Below, piece by piece: positions 55,936 through 64,000 of a stretch of 64,000 nucleotides of DNA. The notes under the pieces are model-generated. The model was not told the DNA's origin. It searched no databases and saw nothing but the letters and a program-made list of their open reading frames with translations. Each line of letters starts with the position of its first letter. Within the stretch, counting starts at the first letter, position 1. A program made the position numbers and the translations under genes. The stretch is from Scenedesmus sp. PABB004 (lineage: Eukaryota): contig CM026547.1 in the NCBI GenBank assembly GCA_014905635.1, positions 1,736,001 to 1,800,000 on the forward strand, written 5' to 3'.

Positions 55936-57671
55936 CTAGTAGCGCCGCACCATCGGCCGCGGCGCCCCGCCGCCGCGCGCGGCGGCGGCGGCGGCTGCTG
56001 CGACGGCGGCGGCGGCGGGCCTCCGCCGCCGCCGCCCGGCGCCCCGAACGGCCCGAGCGCCGGCGGGAACGGCTTGAGCGGCGGCACGGGCACGAGCGCG
56101 CCGGTCGCCGGGTCCGTGGTCATAAACACGGCGCCGTCGGGGATGCCCAGCGACCCGGGCGGCGGCGGCGCCGCGCCGGGGGGCAGGATGATCACCGGCG
56201 GCCCGCCCGCGGCGCCCGGCGGCGGTGCGCCGCCGCCGCCGCTGCTGCCCGCGCCGCCGCCGCCGCCTGTGCCCGGCTGGCGCAGGTCAAAGACGAGGCC
56301 GCCCTGCTCCGGGCCGCCGCCGCCGCCCGGCTGCGCCGCCGCGGGCAGCGCGCGCATGTCGACGACGCCGGGCGGCGCCGGCCCCTGGAGCTGCTGCTGC
56401 GCCGCCGCGGCGGCCGCGGCCGCCGCCGCCTGCATCGCCGCGAGCATCCCCGACGGCGCGCCGCCGCTCGGCGGGCCCTGCGCGGGGCTGAAGCCGCCGC
56501 CGCCGCCGGCCGCGGGCGGCGGAGGCGGGCCCGACAGCGTGCCCTGCTGCTGCGCTGCCCACAGCGGGTCGCCGCCCGGCGGCGGCGCGGCGGCGGCGCC
56601 GCCGCCCGGCAGCCCCAGCGCCGCCGCGAGCGCGGAGAGCGAGTTGAGGTCGATGCCAGCCGGCGGCGCGCCACCGCCGCCCGGCGGCCCCGCCGCGCCC
56701 GCGGCGCCGTCCGCGGCGGGCGCGCCGCGGCGCCGCGGGTCGAGCTGCCCATCCGCCGCCGCCGCCGGCTGCTCCTGGGCCGCGGGCGCGGGCGCGGGCG
56801 GGGGCGCGGGCGCCGGGGGCGGCTGGTAGTCCCTGCGGTGCACCAGCATGAGCAGCAGCTGGTCCGGCTCCACCTGGCGCGGCACCAGGTCGGCCGCCGC
56901 CGGCGGCGCCACGAGGATGGCCGTCTTAAGCAGCCGCGCAGTGAACTCTGCGGCGCGGCGCGCGGCCGGCGGCCGCGGTCGGCGCGGTCGCTGCTGCGAG
57001 CGGGGCGCGCGCCGCGCCCCCGCGCCGCGCCCCCTTCCCCGTCCCTGCCCGCGCGCGGCCCTCCCCGCCTTGGCCGCCCGTGCCCGCCCGCACCTCCGCC
57101 GGCGACGAGGTAGCCCTCCACGTCCTTGGCCAGCCCCAGCTTGCCCAGGCGGCCCTTGGCGCGGTAGCCGCGCGCGAGGTCGGCCAGGAAGGCGGCGCCC
57201 GGCGGCGCGTCGCCCGGCGGCGCCGCGACGACGGCGAGGCTCACGGTGCGGCTGCGCGACTTGCGCAGCTCCTCGGCAAAGCCCGCAAACTTGTCGAGCG
57301 CGACGCGGCCGATGACCTCGACCGTGCCGCCGGGCGGGCCGAGCATGCGCCCCGGCTCGCCCAGCCCGCCGACGTGGCGCACCGCGGCGGCAAAGCCGCC
57401 CGCGCCGGGCACCGCAAACGCGCCGCGCCACACCTCCGCGCCGGGCGCGGGCCCGCGGCCGCGCCGCGCGGCCGCGCCGCGACGAGGGGCAGCATGTCGG
57501 GCAGCGCCGCGTCCAGCGGCGCCGGCGGCGGCCGCCGCCCCGCGGCCGCCGCCCCGGCCGCCGCGCCGGCCGCCGCGGCCGCGCCGCCGGGCTCGTCGGC
57601 GTGCTGCGTGGGGTCGTAAGCCGCGCCGCCGCCGTCGCCGTCGTCGTCGTCGGCGTCGGGGTTGTACGGCG

Positions 57672-57702
<31 letters not shown>

Positions 57703-60464
57703 CGGTGCGGCGCCGCCGCCCGGCGGCGCGTCCTTGGGCACGCTGCGCAGCGCCTCGCTCTTGATGGCCGCCCAGTCGATGCCGCCCAGCAGCGCGCCGC
57801 CGCCGGGCGGGCCCTTGCTCGTGACGGAGCCGAGGTGCTGCAGCGCGGCGGGCGCGCCGCCGCCCGCGCCCGCGCTCGCGGCCGGCCCCGCGCCCGCGCT
57901 CGTGCTGGGCGTGCCCGGCGCGCCGCCGGCGCTGGCCGCCAGGCCGTCGCCGGCCGACAGCGCGCCGCCCAGCTCGCCGCTCGCCGCGCCCAGGAGGCCG
58001 CCCGGCTCCTCGGACGCCGGCCGCGTCGGCGTGCCGCCGCCGCCCTCCGACGACGGCACGCCGCCCGACTGCGCGGGCCCGCCTGACTCGCTCGCCCGCG
58101 CCGCCGCCGCCGCTGCTTCGCCGGCCGGCGCCGGCGCCGCGGGCGGCGGCGACGGCGGCGGCGTGCGGCGCGGCGCATCGGTGGCCAGGATGCCCATGAG
58201 CGCCGCATGCGTCTCGCGCAGCCGGTCCTCGCGCGTCGCCCACGCTGCGGCGGTGGAGAACTGCGGGCGGGCGCGCGGGCGCGCGCGCGTCAGCCCGCAG
58301 CGGCGGCGCGCAGCCTCCGCTGCTGCGCGGCGCGGCGCGGCGCGGCGCGGCGCGGCGCGGCGCGGCGCGGCGCGGCGCGGCGCCGCCCGCTGGCACAGAC
58401 CTTTGCCGCGGCCTCCACGTCGAGCTCGATGGCCTTGTTGTGCTCCGCCTCGACCTGGCGGCGCCACTCGGCGAGGTCCTTGTTGGCCAGGTCGGCGGCC
58501 GACATCGTCACGAGCGCGCCGGGCGCGATCTCGCCCGACAGCACGTGCCCCCGCAGGTCGGGGTTGGCCGGGTCGCGCATGTTGGACATGAGGCTGCGCA
58601 GCTTGGCCTTGTACTCGGCGGTGACCGACCCGCCTGCAGGGACGCGGGGCGGCCAGCGGTCAGTCAGCGGTCGGTCAGCCAGCGAGCGGTCTGCCGCCGC
58701 GCGGCGCCAGAGCGGCGCGCCGGCTGCCTGGCGCGCGCACCGCAGTGATTGAAGAGGTGCTGCTCGATGGTCTGCGCGAGCTCCTGCGGGTTGGGCAGCG
58801 CCGCCGCCTCGCCCGCCGCCTCGCCGGCGGCCGCGGCCTGCCGCCGCTTCTCGGCCGCCTCCTCCGCCGCCTTGGCGAGCCCCACCGCCAGCTGCGCCGC
58901 CCCCTTCTGGCGCACATCGACGTCCGACATCGCGCGCGCGAGGCCCGGCCCCGCCGAGCCCCCGCTGCCGCTAAGCCGGCGCTCGATGCCGGCGCCGCCG
59001 CCGGCCGCGCCGCCGCCGCGGCCCAGCCGGCCGCTGCCGGTGCGCGTCGCGCTGGCGGCGGCCGCGCCGGCGCCGCCGCTGCCTCCGCCGGCCAGATTCT
59101 TCCTGGCGAGCAGCTTTTCCAGCATGGCTTTCTTCATTGCCTCGCTGCCCCCGCCGCCGGCGCTGTCGTCGCTGGCGCCGCCGGCGCGGCGCTTGGCCTC
59201 GCTGCCCGCCGAGCCGCCGTCGGACGCGCGGCGCTTGCCGAGCACGCCGCCGAGCGCGTCGGACGCGCCATTGGCGCCGCGCGCCGCCGGCACGCCCGTG
59301 GCATCCAGCGGGACCATGCCCGGCACCGCCGCGGCGCCGCCGGCGGTGCCGATGGGCCCCGAGGCACGCGGCGGGTGCCGGGGCGCCTTGCTCGGCGTGT
59401 TGAGCTTCTGCCGGCGCTGCGGCTGCTGCTGCTGCGCCGGCGGCTTGCCCGCGCTGCGCCGCTGGCCGCCGCCGCCGTCCTCGCCGTCGCTGCTGGGCGC
59501 CGCGTCGTCGCTCACGTCGGCGTCGCTGTCGAGGCGCTGGTCGTCCGACGGCACGCCCTCGCTGCCCGCCTCCAGCTCAAAGTCCTCGTCGGACGAGCCG
59601 CCGTCGCCGCCGCGCTTGGGCTTGGGCTTGCGCGCGGCGCCCGCCGCCGCCGGCTTGGCGGGCCGCGCCGCGGGCGGCGCCGGCGGCTCGTCCGGCTCCG
59701 GGTCGCTCTCATACTCCGCGCCCGCCGCGTCGGCCTCGGTGCAGGGCAGCTCGCGCCCGCGCTTGAGCTTGGCCGTCAGCGGCAGCGCGTCCACTGCGCG
59801 CGGCGCGGGCGCGGCCGCCGGCGTGGGCGCGCGGGGGCGGCTGCCGCCGCGCCTGCGCCGCTGCCGCCGCCTGCACCACCAGCGGCCTCCGCGGCGCGGC
59901 GCCGCACCGACTGCGATGCACTTGTCGCGGATGAGCTCCGCCAGGTCCACCTCCTCCTCCTCCTCCTCCGTCGAGGGGTAGCGCAGGAACGCGACCATGT
60001 CGCGCACGCGCAGCTGCGGGGCGCGGCGCGCGGCGCGGCACGGCGGTGCGGCGACGGGACAGCGTGGGCCGTGCTGCTGCTCCCAGGCGCGGCGCGCGCG
60101 GCCGCGCGCGCGCCGGCGGCGGCCCGGCGGCGGCAGTGGCGCACCTGCTCCACCTCGGCCAGGTACCAGACGCCGTCGTCGGGCCAGAGGATGTGGACCT
60201 CGGCGTCGCGCAGGCTGGCCTTGATGTCCTGGTGCCGCAGCAGCCGGTACACGCGCCGCGTGTTGGCCTCCCAGTACTGCTCCGCCGCCTCTGCAGGGAT
60301 CACAAACTCTGCGGCGCGCGGGCCCGCGGGCGCGGTGGGCGCGCGCCCCCGCGCCGCGCCGCGCCGCGCCGCACGGCGCCGCTGCTGCCGCCGCTGCTGG
60401 AGGTGCACACACCGTTCGTCTCATACTTCACCGGCGCCTTCTTCTCGCGCTTGGGCCGCTCCAT
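55936..60464 (-). CDS. Tudor/Agenet-like + TFIIS central domain + SPOC domain protein (BYE1/PHF3/BORDER-like)
   Basis: ILWPDDGVWYLAEV (Tudor-like). YKAKLRSLMSNMRDPANPDLRGHVLSGEIAPGALVTMSAADLA (TFIIS_M). VWRGAF..VEVIGRVALDKF..YRAKGRLG..EGYLV (SPOC). Confidence 0.85.
58325..58381. repeat. Intronic (GCGCG)n pentamer repeat
   Basis: About 11 units within an intron. Confidence 0.8.
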
Positions 60465-60928
60465 GGCGCCGGCTCCGGGGCCGGCCTGAGCGCTCAGGCG
60501 CCGCGGCGCGCCGGCGGCGGCAGCGCGGCGATGCCCGCCGCGCTGGCCCGCGCCGCCGCGATCGCCCAAACCGCGCCGCCCGCGCCGCGAGGAGACGTGG
60601 ACCGCGCTGTACGGGCGCCGGGCGAGCGTCAGGCAGCGGGCGCTCGGCGGCGTGCAGCGCGCGCGCGGACGGGCTCGAACTGGCGGGCAGCAGCAGCGTC
60701 TGGCGCCCCCCGCCGCAGCACGACGCCACGCGCAGCGTGGGCGCGAACGCAACAGCGTGGGCGTGGCCAGAGCGCCGTGTTGCGCGAGTGTTAAAAACAG
60801 CGCCCTCGCTCTCAGGCGCGCCGCTCGCCGGCGGCGGCCAATCACACCGCTCCGCTCGAGCTGCTCGCAGTCCGTCCGCGAGGCTCCAGCGCCCGCCCGA
60901 CCTCGCGCGCGCCGCTGCCGCCCGGCAA

Positions 60929-63900
60929 ATGCGGCTTGGGGCGCCGCGCTGCCCCGGCGGCGGCCCCACGAGTGCGGGGGCGGTGCTGGGGCGGCGCCCG
61001 TGGCCGGCGGCGCGCTGCAGCGGGCCGCGTGCGGTGCAGCAGCAGCGGCAGCAATGGCGCAGCAGCCTGGCGCCGCCTGGCGCGGCGAGCGTGAGCAGCC
61101 AGCCCGCCAGCCCCGCCGAGGGCGTGGAGGGGGTGCCGCTGGTGAGCACGGGCAGCCTGAGCAGCTTTGAGGAGCCCTTCACCGCCGTGCCGGAGGACCT
61201 GACGCTGCCGCCGGGCGTGCTCAGCAAGGTCGACCGCGCCAGCCCGCTCGCGCCGGAGGACGTCTTTCGCTGCGCGGGGTGCACCAAGGCCGAGTGCCAG
61301 GTCCGGACCGGCGGCGGCACCGCGAGCGCGGGGGCGGCCGGCGGCGGCGGTGCGCCCGCTCGCGGCGCGGGCCGACGCGCGGCCGCGCCTGCCGCGCCTG
61401 CCGCGCCTGCGCCGCGCCGCGCGCCGCAGGGCCCGCAGGGCTGCGCGGCGACGCCGTGGCGGCTGAGCGTGGACGGGTACCTGCGTGAGATCCTCACTGC
61501 GCGCGTCTACGACGTGGCGGTGCGGCGGCGGCGGCGGCCAGCTGGCTGGCGGCGCACGGTGAGCCCCAGGGGGACGACGCAGCAGCCCTGACCGCGGCGG
61601 CCGGCGCGCAGGTGCAGTCGCCGCTGGAGCGCGCGGAGAAGCTGAGCGAAGCGCTGGGCAACAACCTGCTGCTGAAGAGGGAGGACCTGCAGCCGGTGCG
61701 CGGCGCAGCGCCGCATGCGCGCGCACGCACTGCTGCGGCGGCGGCCGCGGCAGGGCGGCAGGGGCGGCGGCGGCGCCGGGCGAGCCCCGGCCCCCGCCGC
61801 GCGCCGCCGTGTGGGTGCAGGTGTTTTCTTTCAAGCTGCGTGGCGCGTTCAATAAGATGGCCAAGCTGCCGGCCGAGGCGCTGCAGCGCGGCGTCATCAC
61901 CAGCAGCGCGGGCAACCACGCGCAGGGCGTCGCGCTCGCGGCGTCCAAGCTGGTGCGCACGCCGCGTGGGCGGCGCCGCGCGCGCCGCGCCGTGGGCGAG
62001 AGCGCACCGCCGCCCCGCCGTCCGAGGCAACCGCCGCCGACGCGTCCCGCGACACCCGCCGCCGCGTCCGCCGCTGCGGCCATCACGTGCAGGGCTGCAC
62101 GGCCATCATCTGCATGCCGGAGAACACGCCGGACATCAAGGTCGCCAACGTGCGCCGCCTGGGCGGCGTGGTGGAGCTCGTGGGCGAGAGCTACCAGGAG
62201 GCGCAGGCGCACGCGCAGGCGCGCGCGCTGGCCGAGGGCCTCACCTTTGTGGCGCCCTACGACGACCCGCTCACCATCGCGGGCCAGGGCACCATCGGCG
62301 ACGAGATACTGCGCCAGGTGCGCGCACACACGCACGCCGCGGGCGCCCCGCGCGCGGCCGCCGCCGCCGCCGCCGCCGCGCCGCACGCAGCCGCGTGCAG
62401 CCGCCCGCGGCTGACGCGCCGCCGCGCCGACGCGTCGCTGCGCGTCGCAGTTTGGCGACCCCGCGGCGCTGGACGCCATCTTTGTGCCCATCGGCGGCGG
62501 GGGCTCATCGCCGGCGTCGCCGCGTACGTCAAGGCCCTGCACCCACACATAAAGGCGCGCCGCGCCGCGCCCCGCGCGCGCGCGCGCGCCGCCGCGTGGC
62601 GCGCCGCCGCCGCCGCGTGCGACGCCCCGGCTCCGCCGCCGCCCCCTCCCGTCATCCCTCCCTGCTGCTGCGCGCAGATCATCGGTGTCCAGCCGACCGG
62701 CGCGAACACGATGGCCATGTCGCTGGAGCAGGGCCGCCGCGTGACGCTGTCGCGCGTGGACGCGTTTGCCGACGGCGTCGCCGTCAAGTTTGTGAGAGCG
62801 CCGCCCCGCCCCGCGCCGCCGCGCCGGCCCGCCGCCGAGCCCCGCGCGCGCCCCGGCCCGCCGCCGCCGCCGCTGCGCTGCCGCCGCCGCGCCGCCCACG
62901 CGCGCCGCGTCCTCGTCCGCCGCGCGCGCGCCGCCGCGTCCGCTCGGGCCAGGTCGGCGCGGAGACGTTCCGGCTGTGCCGCGAGCATGTCGAGGGCGTG
63001 GTGCTCGTGGACAACGCGTCCACCAGCGCGGCGATCAAGGACGTTTACAACGAGACGCGCAGCATACTCGAGCCCGCCGGCGCGGTCGCGGTCGCGGGCG
63101 CAAAGGCGTGGCTGCGGGAGAACGGGCACAAGGTGCGCGCGCGCGGCGCGTGCGACGCGTGCGGCGCACGGCGCGCGCCCGCCGCCGCGGCGCGGCCGGC
63201 GCGCGACGCCCGCGCGCGGCGCGCCGCCGCGCCGCAGGGCAAGACGGTCGTCGCGGTGACGAGCGGCGCGAACATCAACTTTGAGCGGCTGCGCCTCGTG
63301 TCGGAGCTCGCCGACGTCGGCGCGCGGACCGAGGTGATGATGGCGACGACCATCCCCGAGCGCCCGGGCGCGTTCAAGGCGTTTGTGGCCGCCTCGTTCG
63401 CGGGGCGGGACCTCAACGTCACAGAGTTCAAGTACAGGTGCGGTGCCGCCCGCGTGGTCGGCCGCCTGCGGGCGGGGCAGCGCGCCAGTGTGCCGCCGCG
63501 CGCCGCGCGCCAGCGTGCCGCGCCGGCGCCAGCGTGCCGCGCCGGCGCCAGGCGGGCAGCCGCGCTTGCGCGCGGCGCAGACGCGCCGGCCGCCGCTCGC
63601 CGTGCCGCCAGGTACTCTGCCGGCTCGTCGGCCAACATCCTGTGGTCGGTGGGCGTGCGGGACAAGGCCGAGATCGGCGAGATCATCGCCCGCCTGGCCG
63701 ACGCCGACATGCCGACACTCGACATCAGCCACATGGAGTCCGCCCAGGCGCGCGCCGCGCGCGGCAGCGGAAGGGGCTTGGGCCGGCCGGGCGCGGGCCG
63801 GCGGGGGGCACCGCCGCCGGGCCGCGCCGCCCACGCCCACGCCCACGCCCCCACGCCCACGCGCGCGCGCGCGCGCGCCGCCGCCGCGCAGATCCACCTG

Positions 63901-64000
63901 CGCCACCTCGTGGGCGGGCGGGCGCGGAGCTACACGGGCGAGATCCCGCACGAGCGCATCTACCGCGTGCAGTTCCCGGAGCGCGTCGGCGCGCTCTCCC
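60929..64000 (+). CDS. ilvA: Biosynthetic threonine deaminase, chloroplastic (3' end beyond the window)
   Basis: [76 protein letters not shown] and ACT-like regulatory domains. An apparent 1-bp deletion lies in the G-run at 62499-62503. Confidence 0.95.

Noticed and set aside
54534..58208. Very long Ala/Arg/Gly/Pro-rich ORFs (also 38536-41589, 38712-42053, 24677-27673 and others) as novel giant proteins
   Set aside because: Stop codons are rare at this GC content. These ORFs are antisense or off-frame to recognisable spliced genes, or run through introns.
62499..62503. Programmed frameshift or pseudogenisation of threonine deaminase
   Set aside because: One missing base in a G homopolymer of an otherwise intact essential gene is most simply an assembly error.

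Overview
Eukaryotic, extremely GC-rich, gene-dense DNA with many short introns and TGTAA polyadenylation signals. These traits point to a chlorophyte green alga (Sphaeropleales-like; the taxon is an inference). Most long Ala/Arg/Gly/Pro ORFs in the supplied track are shadow frames. About 22 spliced genes or gene copies can be reconstructed: two AP2-domain proteins, three tandem small secreted Cys-proteins, a PAN+cyclophilin, a coiled-coil protein, an MFS transporter, TGD1, an SRPK, ZCCHC8-like, GH79, sulfotransferase-like, BIN4-like, a J-domain protein, organellar AspRS, a repeat-containing unknown protein, a P/U-type cyclin, a Tudor-TFIIS-SPOC protein and threonine deaminase. The most unusual region is 20.05-24.98 kb. 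It is a ~2.1-kb inverted duplication of an unknown intron-containing zinc-finger gene, with nested inverted repeats and outer direct repeats. Each arm was independently hit by the same 23-30 bp micro-element with a perfect 6-bp target-site duplication. Also notable are at least 16 GC-AG introns and a tandem secreted-protein family with hypervariable exons inside nearly identical flanks. Exon boundaries were read by eye and some gene ends are approximate.
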